Positions 13,720-27,800 are shown, numbered from the stretch's first letter. The stretch: DNA of 64,000 nt from Octopus vulgaris (GCA_951406725.2 OX597814.1:43090001-43154000); one strand, 5' to 3'. Notes: generated from the sequence alone by a model not told the origin. Made by a program: numbers and translations.

Positions 13720-14460
13720 AAATGTAACTGCATTCTCAGCAAATATACCAGAATTAATGGGAAGAGCTATATCACAAGAATACGAACATGACCAAGAAGA
13801 CAGTGAGGATATTGTGCCGATATATTAGAGAAGACCAGGATCAAGCACCCCAGTGCAAGCTCACTGTTGAAACCGAAATCTTAGATTCGATTCTTGGGAT
13901 ATTCCGGACGAGAAACACAACTGAAACTAACAAGATTATTTGTGCTGCAGCTATGGTTGTGGCAACAGAGTTTGATATAAAAGAAAAGAACAAACAGAAC
14001 GCAAAGAACCATTCTGGCGTAGACGAATTTGTGACAAACAAGGTAAAAAAGACAATTAGGTTAAATTGATAGATTGAGAAGAAGGACATTTCAGAACGAA
14101 AGTATAAGAATAATGCTGGAAAGATGATATAGATTAAGAGATAAAGGTTATGATATGATATTGGAAGAATTGAAACAAAGACTTGTGACAACCAGATCAA
14201 ATCTGGAAAGATACGACAATAGAAAAAAGAGAGTTCAGGCAAATCAGATTGTTTAGAGCAGATCAGAAGAAACTGTTTCAAGAACTAGATGGGCAAATAC
14301 ACGTAACAATAATACTAACTGCAGGAGAAAGGCGTTCTAGAGAGGGATCTGGGAGCAACCTGTAGAGCTTAATGATGAAGTGTAGTGGTTGCTTGAAATC
14401 CAAGATTTGCTAAGAAATATAGAGGTCCAAGAAAACAAAGATAAGTACAGAAATGATAAA
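13720..14460 (+). mobile_element. Inverted 5' segment of an R4/Dong-like element
   Basis: ETNKIICAAAMVVATEF, EPFWRRRI, EELKQRL...LERYDNR..EFRQIRLFRADQKKLFQEL: the pre-RT region typical of R4/Dong ORFs, on the strand opposite to 11856-13625. Confidence 0.7.
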
Positions 14461-14558
14461 AATGCAATTATTAATATTACTATTATTATTATTGTTGTTG
14501 TTGTTGTTGTTGCTGTTGTTGTCGTCGTCGTCGTCATCGTTGTTGTTGTTGTTATTAT

Positions 14559-14964
14559 TTTATTGGTTGAATGATATTTCAAGAGTAAGTCTATCTTTGA
14601 CGAGTTCAAAATAAGAGGTGGTAAAAATTCTATTGTATAGAAATTTAAAGTATGAACGAGAGCAACCAGGGTCCGCGCGTTGATGGAATGACGTCGTCAG
14701 TCTTTAGGTTTCTGTTTTATAACAGGCGAAAAGAAAAAGACAGTAAAAAGAAGACAAGAAAAAATACATTTTTTTCTGTCTTTTTCCTTCGCCTGTTATA
14801 AATTGAAACTTAAAGACTGATGATGTCATTCCATAAACGTGGGGACGCTGGTTGCCTTCATTCATACTTTAAATTCAAATTTCTATAATTTAAAATTTTT
14901 ATCATATCTTAATTTGAACTTGACAAAGACAGACTTAATGTTGAAATATCATTCAATCAATAAA
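14559..14964. mobile_element. Fold-back palindromic element (arms about 190 bp)
   Basis: tttattggttgaatgatatttcaa / ttgaaatatcattcaatcaataaa termini; arms are colinear inverted down to a short spacer near 14750-14770; a single arm fragment lies at 11241-11350. Confidence 0.85.
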
Positions 14965-15037
14965 TTTTCTATCACAGTCGAATTGCGGTCTTTGTCTTGA
15001 CTCTTTACCTTTCTGAAAAGTTACGTCAAATCATTTA

Positions 15038-15104
<67 letters not shown>

Positions 15105-15705
15105 TGATGAAGACCCTCAACTAATTTTGCTAGGTAAGATGGAAATTGCCAACCGCCCACTGCCAGCAGTCGCACACTTTTTACTGGCCTTGCTTCAAGA
15201 ACCCCGCGTAAAATTCTTACAGCTCGAAGTAATACTGATTTTTGTAGGTGTTCTATCGTTATATTGGTATATATCGTTATGAGCCATGTTTGCTAATAAT
15301 TCTAAGTGCGCCAAGTACCATACGTATTACATCTACTCTTCTCATTGACCGCAATCTTCGAATTTTCCACTTCAAATCGTCGTAGTTGTTCATTTTTTTC
15401 TTGTTGTAACAGGGACTGCTATGTCAGTTAACGTGCTTGTTGTTTTTCTCATCACAACAATGTTCGGTTTCCGATGCCTGGTAAGGTGATCGCACTGAAT
15501 CATTGTACCCCACCAGATATTGCAATCTTCATTATATGTAACACCCCAGAGATTTCCACATACCACGCATTTGCTCTTTGGAGGTCATGATTTCGACAGG
15601 GCTCCTAATGGATTATTCTTGTCACATTGTCATGTGTTTTGTAATGGTATTGTTCCAATTTAGGGCATTCACAAATGATGTGCCATACTGTTTCACCTAT
15701 ACGGA
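15105..15705 (-). mobile_element. R4/Dong-like 3' end (CCHC + RLE) ending at (TAA)n
   Basis: ETVWHIICECP, NIWW..MIQCDHL.RHRKPNIVV..TDIAVP RLE motif remnants; the 3' end abuts the TTA array 15040-15104. Confidence 0.75.
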
Positions 15706-16869
15706 AGTAATGCTATTACTCATGTATTGAATGCATACAGAAACTGGGCCTCGAAGTACGTATATATCTATAAATAATAGCATTTAAATAATGTGTTGCA
15801 AAGTCCAAATGATGTGTGTTCCAATATTCGCATGCAAAACCGTTTATTTGCTATTATCTCTTGCTTTGCAATAAATTCATGATCCCATTCCCAAAAGATG
15901 AATTTTTCCAGTCTCTCAAGAGTTTATAAATTCTTATACTGGCAAACATGCATACGCACATACATGCATACACACGAACAGATATATATTTGTATTCATA
16001 ACACCCAGGATGATATGCTTTTTACACTTACCAAAGTGAACGGAACTTTGACCAGGAGGAACGGATGTTCTCAGACGTCTCGAACGTTCATTGGGTGTTT
16101 CGATCCAGAACTGTAACAGCCTGTCCATCTGGGTCAACAAAGGCGGCCAAATCACTGCTTCCCATCTCATCCTGGCTTCAAGCTTTGCTCCTCCCGCTTA
16201 CTCCAAAGCCACCAAATGCTTCTTTCAGCTGCATCTCTTGCACTTTGTTCATTTCCTCTTTTTTCAATGGCTGCAACCATCATCCATGCGGACTGTGCAG
16301 GGAACCTCTACAGCCAACATCGAGTGCACCAACAGCAGCACAGCTACACCCACACATTCAGCCCCACTTACACGCACATGTGCACACACACATACATATG
16401 TATGATTGTTCAAGGCCAGCTCGAAATGCGGGACTGTGCGACAATTAGGAGAGACGTGAGGGGCTGCATGATGTGCATGTGCAGGAGCATATGTATTTTG
16501 AAATAGGCGTATTTGGAGAGCGCTGTGCTTGTTACTGTATAGTGTATATGTGTGCTCAATGGAGCGGAATTATGGAAATATATAAGCGTAGTTTAGTGAA
16601 ATTGTCGGCTTTTGGATTGTGTTTTTGCTCGATAAATGTGCGTCATGCAAGTGTGGAAGTATGAGACGAGGAGCATGGACGAACGAGTTAAAAGCTCAGG
16701 TGAGATAAATTGATTGTGGTGGGGGATTTTTTTTGTAAGCGTATGAGTGTGAAATGCCTCTCCGTTCAATAAAGTTATCAACAAGAGAGGAACAAGTGAG
16801 TAAAGTGCAACATTGGTTGAAAAAAAATTAGAATATTAGTTCTGTGAGAGAAAAACAGTGTATTGGTGA

Positions 16870-16870
16870 A

Positions 16871-16931
<61 letters not shown>

Positions 16932-17112
16932 TAATGATAATGATAAAACTGCAAGTGTTCAGATGGATGATGATGAAGAGGAGGACGAGGAGAAGGAGGA
17001 GGAAGCGGAGTAGAAAAAGGAGGAGGGTCGTGGAGAGGTGTGGAGAGGACGATGGGAGGAGGAAGAGAAGGGAGCAAGCGAGGAGGTGAGGAGGAGGAGG
17101 AGGGATTGAGGA
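16870..17112. repeat. (TAA)n and (GGA)n low-complexity tract
   Basis: Directly visible. Confidence 0.9.
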
Positions 17113-17423
17113 GATTGCTGACGATTATAATGTGTTAACTGTGCACTGAACGTATATTTAAAATAATGACCGCTAAACGTTAAATTATAGATGAAAAGAT
17201 TAAACTAGAATTCACTACAGAATCGTGCCCGGAACACTCGTTCGTCTGCTTCTTCTCATGCGCATCTGAGTATGCCTATATCTCTCTCTCTGTCTCTCTC
17301 TCTCTCTCCCTCTATCTATCTATCTATCTATCTCTTCTATCTATGTCCTACCCCCTCGCTCCTTCTCAATCTCTTTCTCTATATATAATCATGTGTGTGT
17401 GTGTGTGCATGAACAGATGCACA

Positions 17424-17477
<54 letters not shown>

Positions 17478-18161
17478 TACACACTTCACATACAAAAGTT
17501 TGTGTGTGTGTGTATGAGTAGGTGCGTGTATTGTTATATTTGTAGTTATTCATGTGTATATGCTTATATGTTAGTTTTGTGTAGATTTTGTGTACGTAGC
17601 ATTGCACAATGCGATTAATATGAAATCTCTGTGTGTTTAAGTGTCAGGATTATCCATAAAAGAATAACTTATACTTTTGACAAGTCTGTTTGTGTTAAGA
17701 TATATATTGCACAGCTGGTGGTTTACTCTTGAGAGTACTTCATAACACTATTCAGTAGCTTCAAACACTCCAAGAATCAAAGATAATTCATGCTGAAGAA
17801 ATTATCACTGTTTGTACTTGCTGAATGTTCATTTTTTTCCTTTTTTCCTTTTCATAAATCTTTTACCACTCTTCTTATGCCTCGAGACAGTAATGTACAC
17901 GCAAGTATACACACAAATACAAACCGATATACACATTGGCAGAAAACACACGTAACGAAGCACACTCATGTAAGCTTATACATCAGCATAGGCGTACAAC
18001 GCCACTAAATCATATGTATTTGTAAAATATGATGATAATATATACTTATGATACTAAAGTTAAGATCCTTAGTTAGGAGCCTATATTCATGTTTACCAAA
18101 CACGACAGAAAGTATCCCGGATAAGCCTAAAACGCCAAATTAAATGCTTTCCTTATATATA

Positions 18162-18468
18162 CAGGGGTTCGACAAAATAATGGAAGTACCTAGCATCGTG
18201 GCATCAGAATTTTGAAATATCTATAAAACCGTCAAAACTTTGTTTATTTTTACGGTTTTTGATTTATTATTAGTGTTGCTTAATATGGTTTCGCTAAAAT
18301 TGACTTTTCTTTTCAGATATTATCAGAAAAAGGTAATTATTAAAATGACAGATCTATCGAACTTTCAAAGAGGTCAAACTGTTGGTGCACGTATGGCAGG
18401 TACTTGAGTAACGAAAACAGTGGAAATGTTTAGTGTATCAAGAGGTACTGTCTCGAAAGTAATGACGT
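18162..18468 (+). mobile_element. Tc1-like transposon 5' end
   Basis: TA|CAGGGGTTCGACAAAATAATGG terminal repeat start; [43 protein letters not shown]-terminus from 18345. Confidence 0.8.
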
Positions 18469-18499
18469 TTCTTTAGTATAACTGGGTTTATGGACTGGT

Positions 18500-18677
<178 letters not shown>

Positions 18678-18754
18678 GTGTAAATATATATATACGTATA
18701 TATATATATATATAGACTATTACCAGTCCATAAACCCAATTATACTAAAGAAGT

Positions 18755-19620
18755 GCTAGTCAACATTCACTCCTAACATCACAACACACCTCTAGCTAGG
18801 GCAGTGTATAAGGATAGAATATTACATGTTTAAACTGGAATGGAGCAACTTCAATATATGGAAATTTTTATTAATATTAGAGGCGATATTATAAATAGCC
18901 GCAGAATAACAGACCCTAAAAAGCAAGAAATATAAAGGGCACCAAATTAGAAAAACGCAACAACACCAAGAAGGGTAAATACTAAACAGAACCCAGGAAT
19001 CAGCAGGCAAGGGTGGAAATGAAGGGAGCGTTAGATGTATATAGAAATAGCAGTATTCTAGTAGAAACAGATAAAATGAAATATATTAAGAAACCGAATA
19101 GAACCATTAAAAAATGTTTAAACAATGAATGATGGAATAATTCGTTTTAGCTCAATTTTCAGTGAGCAAATAAAATCCAAAATATTTCAGGAATTCTTTT
19201 CTGCTGAACATGTATTTCCCCAAATCTAGCAAAAACACAAAAAGCATCAAGAGTCAAAATGTAAAATTACCATATGCGACATCGCACAAGCTGGAATACT
19301 ACAAACATACATTAATTAACATTCGACAGAATACGATAAAACTAGAGGGGCTAACAGAAAACCGTAGATCAAAACAAAGTAAACAACGAAGGAATGGATG
19401 CGAATATGAATGATAAAAGCTTCTCCATAACGGCAACGCTTCCAAACCTGAGGAAAATAAGAATACTGTTGCAGGAGGAAGAAGGAATGTGAGTACTAAT
19501 GATAACTCCGTTAATCGAACGAGAAAATATAATGTAGCATGTAACTTCAGGCGAAAAAATGAACGCAAATTTAATAACCACTGCATCATAAAGAATGCAG
19601 TTTTCATTTTTGAAGTGAAA
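18755..19620 (+). mobile_element. Highly degraded PLE remnant
   Basis: Faint homology to the 5325-7212 protein (NVKLPYATSHKL resembles TVRISYSTLPNM; CxSGE..KFNNH GIY-YIG-like); begins after (TA)n and an inverted repeat. Confidence 0.45.
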
Positions 19621-19749
19621 GCGTGTGCGCTAAAATATACGTAAATCGTTGCAACCGGAGACACCATAAAAATAAACCTCTGTTATCGTGAAGTGTTACT
19701 TCAGAGATTTAATGTTTGATATAATTTAATATAATTGTGTTCTATTTCA

Positions 19750-19925
19750 GGTGACAAGCTAGCAGAATCGTTAGCCCTCCAGGCAAAACGCTTAACGGCA
19801 TTTCCCTCGTTTTAACGTTCTGCGTCCAAATTTCCATGAGGTCAATTTTTCCTTTCACAACTTTCACACCTTTTTAATCGAATTGCCGCTTCCCTCGAAT
19901 TTTCTGGTTGTGTATCAAAATTTGT
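19750..19925 (+). mobile_element. SINE (family A), diverged
   Basis: gcagaatcgttagc..ggcaaaacgcttaacggcattt..gaggtcaattttt similar to 7417 and 24155. Confidence 0.7.
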
Positions 19926-19972
19926 ACTCAATGAAATTATGATCTTTAAAATATACAACGCTATATTCCAAA

Positions 19973-20270
19973 CGTGTGGAGGCTCATGGCCTAGTGGTAT
20001 AGCAGCGGATTCGCTTTCGAGGGATCGCGGGTTCGAATCTCAGATGATGTGTGTGTGTTTATGACCGAAACACCCAAGCTTCGCGAAGCTCCGGCGGAAG
20101 GTAACGGCGAACTTCTGCTGACTCTTTCGCCACAACTTTCTCTCACTCTTTCCTCCTGCTTCTTGCAGTTCACCTGCGACGGACCAGCGTCCCCTCAGGT
20201 GGAGGAACCTCTACGCCAAGGAAACCAGGAAACCGGCCCTGTGAGCCAGGCATGGCTTGAGAAGGAACAA
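19973..20270 (+). mobile_element. tRNA-derived SINE (family C)
   Basis: TGGCCTAGTGG A box and GGTTCGAATC B box; shares head and ctctttcgccacaactttctctcactc with 36401-36712. Confidence 0.85.
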
Positions 20271-20352
20271 ACATATTCCAAACGTGCACATAAAACTGCA
20301 GCAGGTAACTTGTCCGACAAGTAATAGTAGTAGTAGTAGTAGTAGTAGTAGC

Positions 20353-20406
<54 letters not shown>

Positions 20407-21020
20407 TGTTGTTGTTATTGTAGTATTAGTGAATAGGATTATGCAAAGTTTGTGATCGCTTGCAAGTCAATTGATGATGTGAAAATTATTCTTGATGACA
20501 GCAAGAATTAATGAAAAATGATAACGTAAATAAAACAGTAGAGTGTTGCGAAATATTTAAAGCATGTATCTCTTTTATTAATTTACCAAAATAATTAGTT
20601 TGCCTGGTGTGTATAGCAATACGTAAACGTTAGCAATCAATAATATCAATAGAAAACACTGACACGTATCGTCATAATTATCATCAGGTCTTTGAATTTG
20701 ATTGATAGTTTACTTTTCCTAAATGGTGGTCCTGAATAAGAGTAAGCTATTACAAACAGCATGTCTCAAAATCTCTAGCAAATTACAAGGTGCATTATAC
20801 CGTAAAATTTAGTTTTCTCAGACAGCATATTTTATCTCATCAACATGTTCAGTTCTATTGTCCATGGAAACCGTGATTAGAAACATAATGCCAACACCAA
20901 TCATTTTAAATAGATTCTGTTATTATGTTTCACTTTCGGAATATTGGTTTATTCTTGAGAGACGGTGGAATTAAATCAAGATATATTCGTTTCTCCGAAC
21001 AGTTTTGAACATTTCTTCGA

Positions 21021-21388
21021 ATCCCACCACTTGTTTGACGCTTTCGACAATTGCAGTTAGAAGCCGTCGTCAAGACGACAAAGAACGATCGCTCTACATA
21101 AGATCAGTATGGTATCCGCTTTTCTTATTCTGAAAGATCATGGAATCTATCCAGCCTCTCACAGGCACAGCGTTGGCATCTTGGAAATCTGTGCTTGGAA
21201 TGTTTCATCATTACTCATGCGGATTCCCAGTGCACGGACTAATTCTGACTGTGATATTGCACTACAACCTGGTCCTATATATGCCGATTGTAGACTGTTC
21301 GTGGGCCGATTGTTGAATGCTTGAAACTTCTCAGCAGCAAATTGCATGTTATTTGCATATTGCATGCAGGTCGATTTACAATTTTAGC
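21021..21388 (-). mobile_element. CR1/L2-like LINE RT C-terminal fragment
   Basis: ANNMQFAAEKFQ...VRALGIRMSNDETFQAQISKM resembles the post-RT N.MQFN..KF / VRDLGI motif; flanked by 38-bp direct repeats. Confidence 0.7.
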
Positions 21389-22369
21389 ATATTCGTTCCT
21401 TCGAACAGTTTTAAACATTCCTTAGAAATAAACAGGAAATGAATATAACTACTCTGAAATTAATGTACCAGATAGAACGTGGAATTCTCTTGCTCAATCA
21501 AATACATTAGCAATAAAATTATATTCACGAAATATGAGTACGCATGTTTGTGTGTTTATTACTAATATATTAATTACTTGACTCCCTTAGTCGAATACAT
21601 TTTCCATTTTTTTTTTGCTATGCATATAAATAATCATACCCCGCTTCAACAACTGCGAATCCCTTAATTATAACTCTCTATAAATTGTAGACAAGTGTCT
21701 GCATTTCGTTTTATATTTAACATTTGTTATCATCTTGTGTGTTTAAACTTTTTTTCTTTCCCTCAATTTCTCTCACTTTTCGAAAGACATATCTATTTCC
21801 ATATTTCTCTGAACACACGACACTTAAAATTTACTTCATCTAAATACAAATCATCCTTCCGACGTTCTCTCTATATAGCCATCCTCTTCCTTCGCTCTCA
21901 GTCAGGTAAATTTCAGTCTATTTCATAATTCTTCAAATGTATATATATCGCAATTGTCATATTCTCTTGTCTCTGATTTTTAAACTGCTTCACTCGCAAT
22001 CAGAGCATATTACTTAAGCACAATTTACGCAAATATTCAGTAAACTCGCCATCACAAACAATATTTATAAAGCATGTACATACACATGCTTATAACTGAT
22101 AAATCCTTATCATTTTTCCAAATGGTCCTCTAACAATCATTGCACACAAAAACATAGTAACGTAGCAAAATAACGTTAGCTTCAGACCACGTCAATGAGC
22201 GGGCCTTCAATAATGCAATTGCTAAATGTCTATGGGTGAGGGACCTGCATGGGAGACATGTAAATCAAACTTAGGGTACTGCATAATTGACTAGAAAACA
22301 TACGCGCACACACACACATACACTAATATATGTGTGTGTGTATATATGTATGTGTTTCTCTGTGTTTAA

Positions 22370-22943
22370 TTGTTGTGGACCCCTGAATCTAACGCTTATT
22401 GCTGTATTGGGTCCTTATTCGAAATGGAGAAGATGGAATCCCTTGTATTATGCAGTACCTTGCAGGTCGGTTGTTTGTATAGTTCTCAATTCGAAGATAT
22501 TTCATTTGTATATCACAACTTAGCTTTCACGCCTTCTCCCGGTAGTTCAATTGTTTCACGGAATCAGTCTTCTTTGTGTAAAAACTCGATTCCACCACTT
22601 GTTTGACGCTTTCGACAATCGCGGATAGAAGCAGTTGTCAAGACTACAAAGAACAATCGCTCGCCATACGATCAGTATAGTATCCACTTTTCTGGTTCTG
22701 AATGATCATGGAAGCTATCCAGCCTTTCTCATGCACAGTGTAGTCATCTTGGAAATGTACGCTTAGAATGTTTCATCATTACTCACACGGACTGATTCTG
22801 ACTGCGAGATTGCCCTACACCCTGGTCCCATATATTCCAATAGTACACTGATTGTGGTCCGATAGTTGAATGCTTGAAACTTCTCAGCATCAAACTGCAT
22901 ATTATTTGCATATTGCATGCAGGTCGATTTACAATTTTGGCAT
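22370..22943 (-). mobile_element. Second copy of the same LINE fragment
   Basis: 22593-22943 aligns by eye with 21024-21390; extends further 3'. Confidence 0.7.
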
Positions 22944-22966
22944 ACACATATATATATATATATATG

Positions 22967-23019
<53 letters not shown>

Positions 23020-23023
<4 letters not shown>

Positions 23024-23258
23024 CGTCGAAGTTGACGTATGCGCATTCAGCTCTTGCCTAACGTCCTACACAAATGATATGTTTCTAGTGGTCAAAAGTT
23101 GGTGCTGCACATTAGCTCATTCTCTCCATCAAATCGACGTTATTTGAACAGGTGTACCCGTCAGGTGTCGAAGTGATTAGAGACCACCTTGAAATGAAGG
23201 GTTTTGCTCTAGATCACAACACACCACCCAGTTTAGGCATTGAAATCATGATCTGGTG
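23020..23258 (-). mobile_element. tRNA-derived SINE, diverged
   Basis: Reverse complement GGCGTATGGCTTAGTGGTTAG A box, then gtgttgtgatctagagcaa like the 7665-7970 element. Confidence 0.65.
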
Positions 23259-23376
23259 ATGGTGGATGCGACACACTAACCACTAAGCCATACGCCCTCA
23301 CATACACACACGCACACACCGACATACAGATACGTATATATATATATATATATTTATATGTACACATACATACACG

Positions 23377-23435
<59 letters not shown>

Positions 23436-24154
23436 GCGCATATATGTATACATACACATATCGATGCACACTCGCTAATGTTGAACAGTGAAAAACGTCG
23501 CTAAACACTGCATTAGATGTTTTCATGTAAAGAAATCTTGTCGAGTTATCCAAAATGGAAATTAGTATCAACCTTTCCACGACCGACTAGAATACGAGCT
23601 ACGCTGCAGTGTGATGCAGCCTGTGGACAGACAAAATTCATTAAGATCTATTATGCAGTAGAACTAACCACATAAATTAAAGAATAACCAGGGAACATAA
23701 ATTGATATTTGTATTATTTCGTTTCCATTGTTTTGGTAGTTAATAAACAATCATTAATAATATTGATGGTGAAACTCCTCATTAGATGTGATGGGGGTCA
23801 TAGCAATGTTTCAAAATGGACTAGATACTAAGAGGGTTTAGTCTATTGCACCTACTCCAATACTTTACAGGTAAATCATTTTTCCAGCCCAAAGCCATGG
23901 GAGGTAACTTTTACGATTTAATCTCAGAACATAAAAAGCCGTAGAATATGTTGGAAATCACTATGTGTTAAATGTTCTGCAACTTCGTTACTATTGATTG
24001 TCGATATAATAAGTACTAATCATTCATTATTGATTAATAATTATCAACAACCGAGACACTGATTGTGAAATAATTAGAATATGTAGACAGCGTTACTGAA
24101 TAATCAGAATTCCGGAATAGCCATGACAAGTGATATTGAATGGTATTTAAAGCC

Positions 24155-24375
24155 GGCCAGCAGGTTGAATCCTTTCAGCGCCTTGCAAAATGCTTAGCGG
24201 CATTGCGTCCGTCTTCATGTCCTCAGTTAAAATTCCACCGATGTCAACTTTGTCTTTTTACTCTTTCGGGGTGGATAAAATAAGTATCATTTTGGCACTG
24301 GAGGCAATGTAATCGATTTATCCTACACCTCTCCCCACCGAAATTGCCGGTCTTGTGCAAAAATTTGAAATCGAT
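24155..24375 (+). mobile_element. SINE (family A), diverged
   Basis: aaatgcttagcggcatt..gtcaactttg..tttcggggtggataaaataagta..gcactgg..gtaatcgatt matches 7417-7560. Confidence 0.75.
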
Positions 24376-25802
24376 ATCAAATTATTTTAAATTTTGACTG
24401 AAATATCAAAATTGGAATCAATCCAGACACTATTCTGCCTGTAATAACTATCACAGAAAATACGATTGTTCAACTAAAATAGTAAAGGAAAATGGATTTT
24501 CTTGGAGTAACTGTGTTTAGGGTGAGCAGTACCAGTACCTTTACTTAGAATGTGGAACAATTGTTTCACAAATAATGTCCGATGTTCACTCGGTATCTTA
24601 CGTAGTAAAACAAATCATAATCTATCATAGCGCTAGTGTCATCTGTTAATAAGGGACTGAAAACAAATTGAGCATCACTCTTTCAAAATCAACTATATAT
24701 ACGCATATACGCATACAAGTTTTATTGAGTTTGAAAATATTTTCAAATTGTTACTTAGTTTCAATGAATTTATTAACGGATAGATGGAAATACTAAATAA
24801 CATTCTACTTGTTCAGTTTGCATGCGATACCATATTCTACTCCAACTTTAGTATACGAGTACAAACCCCATCACCTTTACTTGCATCTAACTGCTCGAAT
24901 ATTTACATATATATATGATACATTTAAAATTCAGTAGAATTAGGTACTTAAATTAAGGCACCTTCTTAGGCCGGAATAATATGTACACACAAATTATATT
25001 AAGTGAATGTCAAACTCGGTGCAGAAGTGCCAGTACCTGATATTCTTGCAATATATGCAGATAATTCGACCCAGCTTAGGGAAGAGATCCGCACTTGGCT
25101 ATTCAGACATGTACTTTATGTTAAAACGCTTTCTATAATATTTCCGAAGCGCAAATTCCAGGATAGGTGTATAAAGTATAAATGAGTAACGTAGAGGTTC
25201 AGGTATCAATCCATTATGGCTGTTTAAAGCGATTCCTTTATTTGAGTAATGAAAGTATTAAATCATTCCAAAGAAACCGCTTTCGTCAGATGACTACATG
25301 AAATTCAAACATAAAGAACAATTCAACTCATTTAATATAGTCACAACGCCACAGAGCCAAAATATTTACATTGATTCTACTGCTATTCAGTTGGCAGAAT
25401 GAACGTACCAAATACTTTATATCGTGTCATAACAAATAGAATTTAAGAGTATAGTAGAGATTATAGTAGGGAGAAGGAATAATTGAAATCAGTAATCCAG
25501 TTACGTACACGTCAAGACAAAAGATGGAGGATCGTCTCCAACCGCCTAGAATTAAGTCTTAGGGGAGTTGTACATGCATTCTGGTCAGTGGTAATAAATT
25601 ATTTAATATCATGTCGGCCTACTAAGTTAGCATATGTGATGGAACAATGCATCCGGATTTATCTACAGAAGTGAGTATGGTGTGGGGTAGTAATAAGGGA
25701 ATGAGTGATAGGGAAGGGATGATACGTAGAAGTAAAAGGATAGGGACAACTGATATTACTTATTTTGATTATCGCATCTTAATTATCTTTCATACTCATT
25801 TA

Positions 25803-25875
<73 letters not shown>

Positions 25876-25989
25876 TACGCATTTGTGTCTAATTTGTAAA
25901 TAAATATTTATACATGTATGTATCTGTGACTCAAAGCCATGAAGTTGAAAGGAAATTGTTTGCAGTTTCTTTTACCATGAGGACAACTT

Positions 25990-27800
25990 CACGGGTGCAA
26001 GTAGAGATTCGAGCATCATAAAAAAAAGTATCGCATTAATGAACTTCGATTGCATGTTAGTTTACAACATGTATTTCCCTTTCCTCGCCTTTTGCTATGA
26101 CGGACACATGCGGTGAATATTCAGAAACTGCAACATATTATAATTCAACAAAAGTCATGTACTTTCATGAACGATTTGGAATATAGCATGAGAACATGAG
26201 TCGATTTGATCACTTTGATACCAACTTCCTTCTTTCTTCTGTAACACCTTTCGTCATTAATTAAGCGCTCTTTCACGTTGGCCTTCTTTCAACGAATTAA
26301 GCTCTAAGAACACTGCAGTACTAGAATGAACATTTTCCTTATTCTCTCAATACTTCATTGGGAGACCAAGTCGGGTTTTGTGAATCCACAACTAGACATA
26401 CCTCCTTATATATGTTGAGTGCCTATAACTAATTAACTTTTTCTGATGCGAGCTATCAAATTAATACCAGCAAGGTAACAGACAGAGCTTAATGTAATAT
26501 TTTAATCTGATAATTATTTGAAAGGTATTCCTATACATGCAGACTAGATTGATGTAATTTTCACATAAATACACGAAAGTTAATCCCTTAAAGTAGGACG
26601 TAATATTTCACGCGTTAGACATTTCTTGATATCCTTCGGCAAGTTTTAATCCAGTGCTACAAGAGCTCATCATGTACTTGTCGTCACAGAGGTAAATTTT
26701 AGGAAATTGTATATATCATTAATTCATTGTGTATGTTAGCGGTTAACTGGTTAAACAAACTCTAACACTGTTAGCTGTTATGGAGTCATTCCTTTTGAAA
26801 ATAATGTGTTCCACATCCGTTCCTGAACATGTTTGAAGACCTACGTCTTAGTATAAATACTCGATACATATTAACCTGCAGACATCCCTAGAAAATAACC
26901 TATGTACAGTTTAGTTGAAGAGGACAACATTTTAGCCTTAATTCAGTACTGTCATGTGTTTTTTAAAGTACATGACAGAATATCCACTTGGAGTTTGAAA
27001 TAATAAGAAAAATGCAATCTATTTTTTATCTGAAGAAGTTTTAAATCTAAACTATTGAAACCTTTGGCTTGAGAACTGCATTATAGGGATGATTATAAAG
27101 AAAACCACATGCAGCACACAATGGGTGTATTCTCAGCTGTAGTTTTCACTTGACTACTCATTTGTCAGAGGAAATTTTCCGTTTTGTATCAGGTGTTCGC
27201 TACATTTAACCAGATATATTTTCAAGTAAATTCAAGTTAGAATGCATTCTTTCTTATAGTAGGAAAGTATATTGTCACAAGTTTAAATAAAGTACGTTTA
27301 AAAATATCTCGTGCGTTCAAGCTCTTTGCATTACCTTTTGTAAAATGTAAAAGAAGCTGCGTTCAAGTTGTGGTAGTAATCTATATATTAAATTCAAATT
27401 CTAGGTCTGTCCATCTATACTCGTCCAAGTGATAGACAAGGTACAGTAAAATTTGATGGAAAGATTTCACAAACAGATTTGAGGCGCATATTCAAAATCA
27501 AATGCCAAGCACAAACAAAGGCACGATGGTTTAACATACACTGTATTCATCACCGAAACTCACACAGATCATCAACACTGACGCTCATGATGAGAAATAT
27601 TCAGCAGTAAATCTGAATAATTGGAGGCACTCCATTACGGCATTGTGCAACATCTGATAAACTGAAAACTGAATATGGCGAGCTGGAGTATGCCTTACGT
27701 AAAAGTACCATTTCGAAGCTGCTTTATAATCTCAAAACCTGGATGTTCTAAACATGTTCAGGCCCACCTCTTGTTAAAGGAAGCGGTCATTGTTAATCTC
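25990..27800 (+). mobile_element. Possible ancient PLE (RT + GIY-YIG) remnant
   Basis: Scattered motifs in the expected order: FD..(26045), FLDIL (26622), IYxKFK and GKISQ.RFEA.IQ GIY-YIG-like (27380-27500); no continuous frame. Confidence 0.4.

Noticed and set aside
15934-16506. Overlapping ORFs in a GC-richer patch
   Set aside because: No motif was recognised; probably an unclassified repeat fragment
16778-17089. Pro/Tyr-rich and Arg/Ile-rich ORFs
   Set aside because: They are translations of (GGA)n and (TAA)n tracts
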